Part shown: in pieces, positions 12,747 through 24,946 of the stretch | Layout: the number at the start of each line of letters is the position of its first letter | Numbering within the stretch: the first letter of the stretch is position 1 | Origin: Octopus vulgaris | Taxonomy: Eukaryota | DNA length: 64,000 bases | Reading direction: 5' to 3' | NCBI GenBank assembly: GCA_951406725.2 | Contig: OX597824.1 | Location: 77,748,001-77,812,000 of the forward strand | Program-made: the position numbers and the translations under genes | Notes under the pieces: generated by a model | The model's database searches: none | The model's input: only the letters and a program-made list of their open reading frames with translations | What the model was told of the DNA's origin: nothing

Positions 12747-14374
12747 CAGTTGCGGCCAAAATGTTCAGAACGGCATTGTTTTCGTCATAAAAGTAGATAT
12801 AAGTTTTTATCAAAGTTGTTTTATATTCTATAATTTTCACAGACAATAAATACAATATTATATGTTATTGTCTGAGATTTTAGTGTAAGTTGAGAGGTTA
12901 ATAAAAAAGTTATGGATGATTTAGTGATTTACTGCAAAACCCATGGCGGCCAAAATGATCAGAACGGTTGCTTTTACTCCATGTTTTAGTGTATTTAACT
13001 GTCGAACTCTAAAGTTTTGAATTTGTTTACGTGACAGTTCGTTTACTAAACATTAGTAAGAATATCTGCATTGTACTTTGTTAATATAATGCCACTTACT
13101 ACGTTACCAATTCGTCAGCAGATTATTACGCTCGAAAGAAGGATAATTTCAGTATTAGGTCTATTGCAAAGATTGTTAACAAGTCAAAAAGTGTTGCTCA
13201 CGGTATTCTTAAGGTCTACGATGATTGTGGTTCGTGTGAAGCAAGAAATTCTACAGGTAGGCCAAGAAAAACGACCAAGAGAGAAGATCGTGCTATGGTA
13301 AAGTTGGTTAAAAAGGACAGATTTAAAACTGCTGCTGCTGTTTTCGGGAAATGAGCATTGTACTGAAGAAAACTTTATCTCGAAAAACTGTGTCTCGTCC
13401 TTTAGTTGAACATGACCTAGAAGCAAGATCACCTGCAGTGAAGCCACTGATCAGCTCCAAGAATAAAAGGTGTCGTCTTACCTTTGCAACCGAACATGTG
13501 TTGTGGTCTCAAGAAAAATGGCAAACGGTGCATTTCAGTGATGAATCTAAGTCTATGTTATTTGGCTTAGATGGGAAAAGGTACGTTCGTCGAAAAGCAG
13601 GTGAAAAAGTGTCACCTAAATGCCTTAAGACTAGTGTTAAATTCGGTGGAGTGAGTGTCATGGTTTGGGGGATGATATCTGGAGATGTTGTGGGCCCTTT
13701 GCTGCGATTACATGGAAAGGTAAATGCAGGAGTTTATAAACAACTTGTAAAAGATCATGTCTTGCCTATGCTGAGAAATTCAACTAAGCGACCACCCATA
13801 TTCATGCAGGACAATGCCCCATGTCACAAGGCTAATATGGTCATGAACTTCCTCAAGTTTGAAAAGGTTATTGTTATGGATTGGCCTGCTGAAAGCCCAG
13901 ACCTCAATCCTATTGAAAATGTGTCGAATATTCTAGGAGAACGTTCGAAAGCCTGAGATCCTAAAACAACCGAGCAATTATGGAATGTCCTTCAGGAAGA
14001 ATGGAATAAGATCACCCAGCAAGAAATTGAAAATTTAATTTCCCCATGCAGTCGAAAATGTCAAACTTTGATTGAAGCTAAAGGGCTTCACGCTAAATAT
14101 GAAATAATTCCAGCATTCTCTGTCACTTTTTGATTATTTTGTTATTTTTTCAACCGTTCAGATCATTTTGGCCACCATGGGTTTTGCAGTAAATCACTAT
14201 ATCATCCATAACTTTTGTATTGTCCACTCAAATTACACCAAAATCTCAGACAATACCAATTAATATCGTATGTAATCTCTGTGAAAATTATAGAATATAA
14301 AACAACTTTAATAAAAACTTATACTTACTTTTCTGACAAAAACAATGCCGTTCTGAACATTTTGGCCGCAACTG
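12747..14374 (+). mobile_element. Tc1-family DNA transposon, full length, IR/DR type
   Basis: TIRs of ~224 bp (12747-12970 / 14151-14374) begin CAGTTGCGGCCAAAATGTTCAGAACGG and contain the inner direct repeat GCGGCCAAAATGATCAGAACGG. TA flanks both ends. Confidence 0.97.
13089..14102 (+). pseudogene. Tc1 DD34E transposase, disrupted
   Basis: Motifs FSDESK, FMQDNAPCH and WPAESPDLNPIE with 34 aa between D and E. The N-terminus is frameshifted and there is a stop at 13954-13956, after which the frame continues to ...AKGLHAKY*. Confidence 0.93.
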
Positions 14375-15201
14375 TATGAATACCAGAAACCAAAATAGTT
14401 ACATTATTTCCCTATGTTATATTTGTGGCAGAATGGGTTTAGAAAAAATGCATATCTTATAATCCTACTATAATTTAGTGTGTAGCAAAGGGAAATATTG
14501 GGGGGTCAAGGTATAGGAGTGGTGAGATATTTATTTATATTAAGAAGGTTTTATACAGTATGTATATTTCTGTATTGCCCACAAGGCGCCAAACACAGAG
14601 GGGACAAACAAGGGATGATTAAGTCGATTACATCGACGCCAATGAGTAACTGGTACATATTTAATCGAACCCGTTTGTGCACGCATGTATGCACACATAT
14701 ATGGACATATATGTGTATGTGCATACGCACAAGCCTAAATATACATGAAACATATAACTTATACAAAGTATTTATTATAAGTATTATAATACGGTAATAT
14801 GCTGCCTAAGCACTTGGTGCTGGATACAGGCCCACTGCATGGCAGCTTGGATATCTTCTACTACAACCCCGGGCCGACCAAAGCCTTGTAAGTGGATTCG
14901 GCAGACAGAAACCGAAAGAAGCCTGTCGTCTGTTGTAGTGATGATGATGATAAATATAATATTTATGATATATATATCTAGTTATTTATTTATTTATTTA
15001 TTTATAGAAACTCACACTCACTCACACGCACACATATACCTGCATAATTATAACATACATAACTATCTACATATATATACACATATATATATCTATGTAT
15101 ATATGTGTGTGCATATTTATGTATTTATATATGTACCTATGTATGTGTAATCAAACTGACTTATTTACGTATACACATATACACGGATATATACATACAT
15201 T

Positions 15202-15232
<31 letters not shown>

Positions 15233-15272
15233 GTATATACACATATACACGGATATATACATACATTCATAC

Positions 15273-15303
<31 letters not shown>

Positions 15304-15361
15304 CACACTAACATATAAACACATACACACGCATACGCACATACATATATATATTTATATG

Positions 15362-15527
<166 letters not shown>

Positions 15528-16888
15528 TGCGCGTTTTTAATTGATTTTATCTAAAACTTTGTTCCTGAGTGGTGTTTGCTTGTCCGTTTATTTCCATTTC
15601 GCACTGTAGTGGCTTTCGAAAACACTTGTATCCCTCTTTCACTATCCTTTATATGAATCATACTACTCTAATCAGGCTAAATCTGTTATTGCAACGAATT
15701 TACTCCATCGAGAAAGCGGATGGAGGCCGGTCACATGATCAATTTCCTGACATTGCTTGGAATGTAGTATCATTATTCACACAATCACCTACCTAAGTGT
15801 TTTTTTTACCTTTGATTAACTGTGGAAACTCTCTAATTTCCAAAGACAATTTCCTTGTTCAGAAGCTTCTGTGAGATCTTCTACAACACTTCGTCTTCAC
15901 GCCCGAGAGATTTGAGATTTGAAATTAAACTCGACCTACTTTCAAACGCTTCACTACTAAAATCACTTGATGCTTCCACAATCGAATTTCCTGCAATGAA
16001 GAAGTGCATTTTACACACATCATTTTGGATTTGTCACTCTGATTTCTCTGAACGCAATCATTTTGACAACCTGCCACAAAACCACCCCTACTCAACCACA
16101 AACTTCGCAGATACACTGTCCACCGTTGATATTCAATTATTTGATAAAAACCTGAAAAAGACCCTTTTACTCGTACAACAAGTATTAAACCATGGCTAAA
16201 ATCTTAACACAACACTCTGACTGTATTTCCTTTATGAGCTGATTAGCTGAGGGAATGCCCTCAAGGGCTAAGTCCCTTTAAAGTTCTGAGTATTAAAACA
16301 ACATTGAATAGTTCAAACTAGGCGACAAATCTTGCCCCGTAGGTGAACTACTACAATGGATAACAACATTTGCTGTTATTTCAGTTCTTCAGCGATATAT
16401 ACACGAGTCACCTGGAAAATGAGAGTAATTGCAGGTCTCAGGTAAGGATGTAGAGGCGATCCTCTAATGTGCAGCAGCGCGTAACGAACAGAACAAAATT
16501 AAAATTTACTTTCTTCTACGTCAGTTACAATGGATATCGTCTCTGATTTCCCCCTGTTTCTAAATTGGGCACCTGTTTCTAGTTGGATACTTAAAACATT
16601 CCACGCACACTTCCTGTAGCCAACTTATTAATATTTCTGTCTTCTCTCTTTTAAAATATTTTGCATAAACTAAACACACACACATACACATACAAAAACA
16701 CACAAATACACCCACAAACACAAACACACACATTTATATGTAAGATTCAATGATCGAGGAGTAGGAAGACCTAGATATTATTGGCCTGAAGAGTAAGCTC
16801 GGTATTTACTACTTCCGAAGTTCCGCTCACTACATACATATACATACATACATACATACATACATACATACATACATACATGCATACA

Positions 16889-16963
<75 letters not shown>

Positions 16964-17047
16964 ACATACATACATATACATACATACATACATACATACA
17001 TACATACATACATACATACATACAAGTATGTATATATATATATGTAT

Positions 17048-17296
17048 AAGGAAAAAAAGTTAACGTAGAAAATGGTAAAATAATTTCATCATAAAAAGCA
17101 TTTTAGTACCGGTTTCAGTTATTGAGACTTCTTCAACTCTAAGTAAGGAAAAATTGTGGAAAAATTAAATTTTGGACAAATTTAATTTTTCCAAAATTTA
17201 ATTGTTTTCCATACTTAGAGTTGAAAAAATCTCAATGGTTGAAATGTTTTCTATAATAAAATTATTTTAGCATTTTCTACCTTGACTTTTTTCCTT
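17048..17296. repeat. fold-back palindrome with hammerhead-like remnant (17101-17143, minus strand)
   Basis: The arms are imperfect reverse complements. The reverse complement of the left arm reads ttagag-TTGAAGA-agt..act-GAAAC-CG-GTA-ctaaaa. Confidence 0.7.
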
Positions 17297-17747
17297 TTCA
17301 ACCCTTTACATATACACCCACACACCCACACAGATATATATATGCGTCTATTTATATGTATTCATCTATATCTATATCATTAGTATAACCATGAGCTTCT
17401 GGTAATCTGATGAGCTATCTTCATTTATTAACCTTAGTTCGATTTCTAAATATACAATTGTACTGTATAATGCATAGCATGCATATTAATAAAGGCATAT
17501 AAAATAATTCATTGTATACTGAAACTCTTATTCCATGATGAAGGCTGCGAACGGCCATAATCCCAAGGCAAACAAAGGGCTGAATGAATATTTTCACCCC
17601 TCTTACCGTCTGACATTTTATAGTTTATGTGTGTCTGTCTGTCTGTGTGTGCGTGCTTGCGTATGTTTCTGTATATATACGTGTATGCGAGCGTGTGTGT
17701 GTGTGTCTGTGCATGTATATATATATATATATTTTAAAAATATAAAA

Positions 17748-17943
17748 ATATGAAAGAATGGAGTTGAACGACGAATTAACATTTGTGCATCTTGATGTTG
17801 ACATAAGTTCCTTGCTTTTTCTGATGAGAAAGCGGCATAATATACTCCTTATTCCTTCGCAATTAGGAATATGCAGCCTTCGAAACATATGTAGAAAATA
17901 AAGGAATTTTGTTAATTCGTCGTTCAACTCCATTCTTTCATAT
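17748..17943. repeat. element bounded by a 34-bp perfect inverted repeat
   Basis: ATATGAAAGAATGGAGTTGAACGACGAATTAACA (17748-17781) has its exact reverse complement at 17910-17943. Confidence 0.95.
17808..17906 (+). ncRNA. type-I hammerhead ribozyme with canonical core
   Basis: Stem I ttcctt-gc-ttttt / gaaaa-ta-aaggaa; CTGATGA 17821-17827; stem II gaaagcggcata/tatgcagccttc; GAAA 17882-17885; palindromic stem III ACATATGT; GUA triplet with predicted cut after 17893. Confidence 0.8.
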
Positions 17944-18078
17944 ATTTATATTTAAAAAAAAACATACAAATTTCCACACGAAAGCACGTAACTTCAAACG
18001 TGTCTTCTCTGATGTGAATTTGCTACCCAGGTATCGGTTAACCGAATTATCCATAACAAGATAATTCATTCAACTACT

Positions 18079-18154
<76 letters not shown>

Positions 18155-18157
18155 GTA

Positions 18158-18400
18158 TATCTGTAATATAATATGTGGCAATTATTCGGTTGCCATAATA
18201 AAACTCCGTGTTTCGTATCTCGGGGCGGAAACCTGCACTGGCAAGTCTTCAGTTATCGAGGCAATCGAGGGAATCAAAATATGCATACTTTGGTTGCCTC
18301 GCTAACTGAAGAGATGCCGGTGCAGGTTTCCGCCCCGACATTCGAAACTCGGAGTTATATTATGGCAACCGAATAATTGTCACATATTATATTACAGATA
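18158..18400. repeat. near-perfect ~240-bp fold-back palindrome next to (TA)n
   Basis: Arms are about 18158-18268 and 18288-18400. Each carries CTGAAGA...cGAAAC on its outward-reading strand. Confidence 0.9.
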
Positions 18401-18641
18401 AATTCCTCTATTTACATGATATCGGGACTATTTCATTCTTTTGTTGTGTTACCATAATCATTAATAAATATTAATCCTTCCCCTAAAATTTGAGGCCTTG
18501 TGCTTCCAGGAGATAGCATTTATTACAGTTGCAAAAGCGTGATACACTGACATTCACATTTATTATATTAGATATGTTTAATTTTGGAGTGATTTTATTT
18601 CAATTAAAGTGTATTTCATACATGTGTATATATATATATAT

Positions 18642-19013
18642 GGAAGCACTCCGTCGGTTACGACGATGAGGGTTCCGGTTGATCCGAATCAACGAAACAG
18701 CCTACTCGTGAAATTAATGTGTAAGTGGCTGAGTACTCCACAGACACGTGTACCCTTAACGTAGTTCTCGGGGATATTCAGAGAGTGACAAGGCCGGCTC
18801 TTTGAAGTACAGGTACAACAGAAATAGGAAGTAAGAGTGAGAGAAAGTTGTGGTGAAAGAGTACAGCAGGGATCACCACCACCCCCTGCCGGAGCCTCGT
18901 GGAGCTTTAAGGTGTTTTCGCTCAATAAACACTCATAACGCCCGGTCTGGGAATCGAAACCGCGATCCTACGACTGCGAGTCCGTTGCCCTAACCACTGG
19001 GCCTTTGCGCCTC

Positions 19014-19016
<3 letters not shown>
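18642..19016 (-). mobile_element. tRNA-derived SINE family C, full length
   Basis: Reverse complement head GTGGAGGCGCAAAGGCCCAGTGGTTAGGGC...GGTTTCGATTCC; highly similar to the copies at 45028 and 60634. Confidence 0.92.
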
Positions 19017-19110
<94 letters not shown>

Positions 19111-19771
19111 CTATGTGTGTGCGTGCGTGCGTGTGTGTATTAAGGAAAGTAAAAATAAAGCAAAAATGATAGTGTTCAATATGTTGACCACAGGAATTTC
19201 TGTTAAAGTTGTACATCATCTCCCTCTTTCTTTCACATACCCCTCTCTCTCCCTCTCTCTAACTATCTATCAGTGTTCGCCACTGCCCTCACTGCCTACT
19301 ATTACTCTGACCCCATCATGAGGAATAGTAGGAATTTCATTGGATAGTCAGAGAGGGGGTCTAAGTGTGACACACTGACACACAGAAATTATTTTTCGCA
19401 TTTATTATATTAGACGTGTGTGTGTGTGTATTTAAGTATATTTGTCACTTATAGAACATCTCTTCTGCTAATTCTCCACCATCATTGCTGACCTTCATCA
19501 CGATTACCCGGGAATAATTTAAAATTCGAGCAGTTATAGATTTGGAGGTTAGAAACTCAGAAATTAATAATGATGTTCAATAATTCAAAGAAATAAGCAG
19601 TGAAATAATGCAATGTAATATTTATTTGAATCTGAGAATAAGCCAAGTGAACTTTCACCCTTTAACGCATTTACAGGTAAAAATATACGCGTGCACATAC
19701 ACCCTCACACACAGGTGTTTTAAATTACAAGTATCGTATATGCCAGTGGATATGACACGCATTTTTAAAAA

Positions 19772-19935
19772 GGCATATACATACATTGTACTCTTCGTTC
19801 GAATATTACAATTTACTCGCAGAAACGTCTCGCTCACAAACGCAACCTAACTCTTCTGTACTGTCGCAGACCTTTCTCTAATTGGTCCCGATATAACAGA
19901 CAGCAGGACCAATGCTGAGACCCAGCTGGGTGCGT
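19772..19935. repeat. local duplication of ~165 bp (partner at 21408-21570)
   Basis: Both copies share CTAACTCTTCTGTACTGTCGCAGACC.TTCTCTAATTGGTCCCGATATAACAGACAGCAGGACCA in direct orientation. Confidence 0.85.
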
Positions 19936-20618
19936 TAAAAAACTTACCATTCATCTAATGCGATTGACTGCATTATGGATTGGATACTGAATGTATGAGT
20001 GAAAGATGAAATATATTTATTTGGTTTTTCCCCACAAAATACATTTATTTCCCACCAAAAACTGGGGTTTCTTTTATGCGTAAGTACGTCTTGTACACCG
20101 TGAAATACAGTTAATTTATGTGTAGGTTCTATGTGATGGGTCCCTGCTGTTTATGGAGGACCGTGCTTCTGTATTTGTATTTGCAGACCTGGGCTGTATA
20201 TTTTGAGGCAGACACGAGTTTTTAATTCACGTAAGCTTCTCCGCTGTACATCCTTAATATTCATCCAAAATGTACCTCACGACTTCGGGTGATATTGCTT
20301 GGCACGAGACTAGTCTCGTTGCTGGCGTGGCAATTAGAACACAAAAAAAATACGGAACACATACTTGGTGTCTTGCTCAGCACTCCAACACTTCCGTCTA
20401 TGCACCACCCTGGGTTAGTGAAAAGCAAAGTAGACCTCGGTAGGACTTCATCTCAGATCGTAGATAGTTGGGGTAAATAACAAAACGATTTCTATCCAAC
20501 GCTCTAGCGAACCGGCCGAGCGTTGTATATATTTGGTCACGCTATAAAGACCGAGAACTGGAAAAAACGAATCTTTATAAATTCGTTTTGAAGAAAGAAT
20601 GATTCATTTTAACGTGTT

Positions 20619-20788
20619 GGCGCAGGAGTGGCTGTGTGGTAAGCAGCTTGGTTACCAACCACATGGTTCTGGGTTCAGTCCCACTGCGTGGCATCTTGGC
20701 AAGTGTCTTCTGCTATAGCCTCGGCCCAACCAAAGCCTTGTGAGTGGATTTGGTAGACGGAAACTGAAAGAAGCCTGTCGTATATATG

Positions 20789-20873
<85 letters not shown>

Positions 20874-21072
20874 TTGCGTGTCTGTATTTGTCCCCCTAGC
20901 ATTACTTGACAACTGATGCTGGTGTGTTTACGTCCCCGTCACGTAGCGGTTCGGCAAAAGAGACCGATAGAATAAGTACTGGGCTTACAAAGAATAAGTC
21001 CCGGTGTCGATTTGCTCGACTAAAGGCGGTGCTCCAGCATGGCCGCAGTCAAATGACTGAAACAAGTAAAAG
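20619..21072 (+). mobile_element. SINE family A, full length
   Basis: Head, internal microsatellite and tail match the family consensus. Confidence 0.92.
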
Positions 21073-21223
21073 AGAGAGTAAAGAGTATATGTATGTGCGT
21101 GTATAAAATTAAATAAGTATATATTATAAATGTATATATAACAAAATTGTAAAAAGTAGCTGTTTGCAACGTTATACCGGAAAGGTAAATTATAGACAAG
21201 TTTAGTTGAAGACTATGTGTGTG

Positions 21224-21256
<33 letters not shown>

Positions 21257-22669
21257 GCGTGTGCTTAAAATAAATATATATATATTTATTTATTTTTATA
21301 CACACACATATACATATATACATATATGCATACATACGTACGTGTGTGTGTGTATGTGTGTGTGCGTGTCCGTTTTTCTGTGTTAAAACGTATGAATGAG
21401 TAAAGATATATATACATACATTGTACTCTTATTTCGAATATTACACTTTAGTTGCAGAAACGTCTCGCTCTCAAACGCAATCTAACTCTTCTGTACTGTC
21501 GCAGACCGTTCTCTAATTGGTCCCGATATAACAGACAGCAGGACCAGTGCTGAGATGCAGCTGGGTGCATTAATTTTCTTTCAATTCCGGATAGTGTATT
21601 TTTGGAAGCGGATCAAGTCGAAGCGGAGAAAGAAAAAATAAGTAATAATAATAAGGAAATAGATAAGATAAAACATTTTAAGTAGAAAATTGAACTGATT
21701 CCCTTTTCATTTGATTCAATGCAGTCTTTGGATTAAATGGAAGACAGGAAGATACAAGAGGCTAATTGGAACAAGGAAACAGAAACTTCAATCATGGAAA
21801 TCTTTGAGAAATAAATGTAATAGAATCTGGAAGAGAATGAGGAAAATATAGAAAAGAAAAACGAAAAGGAGAAACCAAATAAATAAATAAACGAAGGAAA
21901 TGAATTTGTAGTGTCAGGGAAAGAAATAAATTAGGTCAGCTGCCGAACCAATTTTTGCCAATGACCTCATTTGTGAAATCCCATTACAAAGGTGATAAAA
22001 TATTACAGGTGATAAAATATTTCTAAATCACGGTGTCGTTCAGCTAACGTTTCTTGTAACTAACATGAATGGCTGACTATGTAATGGTTCTTTTGTTCTT
22101 TTCCTGATTTAATATCTAAGTGAAAATAACACTGCTACTGTTAATTACGTTGTTATTGATGCTATTCTTGCTTAGCTCCGAACAATCCCTTGTTTATTAC
22201 GTTACATATATAATTAAAGTCTTCTCCGTTGAGCTAATTACAACTGAGAAAGATCACGAAGAAAAGCATCGTTCAATATACCATTCTTTATTTTAGACGG
22301 CAGATCAGAGCCATCTTTATACATTAACTGCGTCATTAAATCTTTGGTCGTTCCTGTAATGATGTTTATCATACAGCAAGAAATGGAATTGGTATTTTCT
22401 ACTTCGGCGATACTTTTTCAGCATTTACTCTAGATATTATTTGCATATAGGGTTAAGGTTAAATGTCATGGAGCTCGCAAAGCCGTGCAAGCACCGTCGT
22501 CCGAGCGCCATGTGAACGGGCCAGCGCCGGCAGGTGGTTGCGCGGTCGGCAGCAGAAGCAGGAAAAATTGCGGTAAGTTGGCGGGCCGCCGCACCGTTGC
22601 TGCTACTGCAGCGCTGTTAGAGGACCTAAACAAGAGCATTTAGAGCATTTAGACGGAGGGTTAAGGTTA

Positions 22670-22979
22670 TGAATGACCACGGGATGGCACCTAGAAAGTT
22701 ACCCTCCTAGGCACAAATCCAGGCAAGGTTGTTTTTAAGGAAAACCAGCAGTTGCCCATGCATACCAGCACACCCTTTCCACGCCACCGGTGTTATCCAA
22801 GGAAACGGCACAGGCCGATACAGCTTGGCACCAGTGACGTCGCAACACATTTGTACATCTGAATGAACTGGAGCAAAGTGAAGTAAAGTCGGTTGCTCAA
22901 GAGCACACACAGCCCGGTCCGGGAATCGAACTTACTACCTCATGATTTTGAGCCCGGTGCTCTAACCACTGAGCCATCC
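22670..22979 (-). mobile_element. tRNA-derived SINE family D
   Basis: Reverse complement head TGGCTCAGTGGTTAGAGCACCGGGCTC...AGTTCGATTCCCGG contains box A and box B; the body differs from families A-C. Confidence 0.75.
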
Positions 22980-23263
22980 ATCACTAAACGTTTTTACTTT
23001 CTCTGTAAAAAGATACTTAATGAAATATGTGAAAAACTCATGAATATCTCAAAAGTCGTCTTTTGTTAAATGTGTCACTACAGGTGTCTCCACTTCTTGC
23101 AGTATAAGGAGAGGATTTTTTTAAACCGTGAATAATAAAACCGCTTTCCACAGTTAACAATTATAAAATTATATCCGATTTCTGCGTCCAGAATGTTAAA
23201 ATATGGGCGCACGAGGCAGTTACCCAAGGTCCCACGAGTCTAGGTTCCCAAAGTTAATTCATG

Positions 23264-23332
23264 TAGACTTTGAAAGAGGTCGTATTGTTGGACAATCTGG
23301 GGCTGGTCTTAGCCAGCAAAAAATTGTCGCCA
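23264..23332 (+). mobile_element. Tc1 N-terminal fragment related to the 25918 element
   Basis: GACTTTGAAAGAGGTCGTATTGTTGGACAATCTGGGGCTGGTCTTAGCCAGC matches 26101-26155. Confidence 0.7.
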
Positions 23333-23345
23333 GTATATAAATATA

Positions 23346-23565
23346 TATTTCTTTACTACCCACAAGGGGCTGAACATAGAGGGGACAAACAAGGACATAC
23401 AAAGGGATTAAGTCGATTACATCGACCCAGGGCGAAACTGGTACTTTATTTATTGACCCTGAGAGGATGAAAAGCAAAGTCGACATCGGCGGAATTTGAA
23501 CTCAGAACGTAACGACAGAAGAAATACCGCTAAGCATTTCGCTCGGCGCGCTAACGTTTCTGCCA
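23346..23565 (-). mobile_element. SINE family B monomer
   Basis: Colinear with the family B consensus. Confidence 0.9.
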
Positions 23566-23907
23566 ATATAGGGGTCTGATGGCGCTCACATATTGTAAGA
23601 GTGTTTTTCAGTGGGATATACTTTAAGGGTACTTTACTGATATTTCCAGCAAATCGTGTATGGGCTCCCCATTGCCTTATTATTGTTGTTGCTCTTCAGT
23701 TCCAGACCAACCCTTATCGAAAAACGTAGAGTCAAAGGCATTCCAGCTGTATCTTTCACGTCTGTTCGTAATTACTAAAACTACATTTTCTAATGTATTC
23801 CCCACTTACGTAAGACTATAGTTCGTGATTTAAGGAATATTTTGCAGCTAATTCTAGTATATCGAAAAACTAAACAGGTAGCTCCACATTATTGTTGTTA
23901 TTGTTAA

Positions 23908-24080
23908 GGTGGCGAGCTGGCAGAAACGTTAGCACGTCGGGCAAAATGCTTAGCGGTATTTCGCCCGGCGCTATGTTCTGAGTTCGAATTCCACTGAAGT
24001 CGACTTTGACTTCCTTTCGGGATCGATATATTAAGTACCAGTGAAGCAATGGGGTTGATTTAATCGACACATCCCCGCTC
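23908..24080 (+). mobile_element. SINE family B-related copy lacking the Tx1-like tail
   Basis: Head GGTGGCGAGCTGGCAGAAACGTTAGCAC and matching body. Confidence 0.8.
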
Positions 24081-24121
24081 CCAAAATGGCTGCCCATAGC
24101 CTCTCTATCTCTCTCGTTTAC

Positions 24122-24322
24122 TCTTTTACTTGTATAGGTCAGTTGACTGTGGCCATGCTGGAGCAACGCCTTTAGTCGAGCAAATCGACCCCAGGACTTA
24201 TTCTTTGTAAGCCTAGTACTTATTCTATCGGTCTCTCTAGCCGAACCGCTAATTGACGGGGACGTAAACACACCCGCATCCGTTGTTGGGGGGGGGGCAA
24301 ACACAGACACACAAACACACAA

Positions 24323-24365
<43 letters not shown>

Positions 24366-24671
24366 CACGCACACACACACATATAAATATATATAGTAGG
24401 TACTGTAAATTTAGAGTGAATACTTGATAAATGTAAGCACCTGTATATGCCAGATAGTGGAAGAGGTGAGAGAGCATGTGCCCTGTTTTTAATTTATATA
24501 CATATATACGACGAGCTTCTTTCAGTTTCCGTCTACCAAATCCTCCAGCAAGGCTTTGGTAGGCCCGAGGCTATAGTAGAAAACACTTGTCCAAGGTGCC
24601 ACGCAGTGGGACTGAACCGGGAACCATGTGGTTGGTAAGCAACCTACTTACCACACAGCCACTCCTGCGCC
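24122..24671 (-). mobile_element. SINE family A with expanded or inserted middle
   Basis: Head and tail both match family A; extra sequence lies at about 24395-24495. Confidence 0.85.
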
Positions 24672-24946
24672 CTTGTGGTAAAATTTTCCACCATTATTAT
24701 TTTTTATTGTTGTTGCCTGCTTCAGATTCCCCAAAATCGAGAAAACACGAATCAATGGTATAACAACTACGAACATTTCGTCTTCTCGGTAAGCGAGGAA
24801 TATATTGTCCAATTTTTTTCCTCCTAAAATTAAAACATTATGGCCTGATTTGAGGCAGATTTGACTACTATTTCTAACCGATTCTCTCTCGTTATGAATT
24901 AATATCAAAGGATTATACTTTCAACAAATCCAACCCTTTTATTAAA

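Noticed and set aside
15855-16199. 114-aa non-repetitive ORF
   Set aside because: No recognisable domain or splice context; it could be decayed TE sequence, but I could not assign it.
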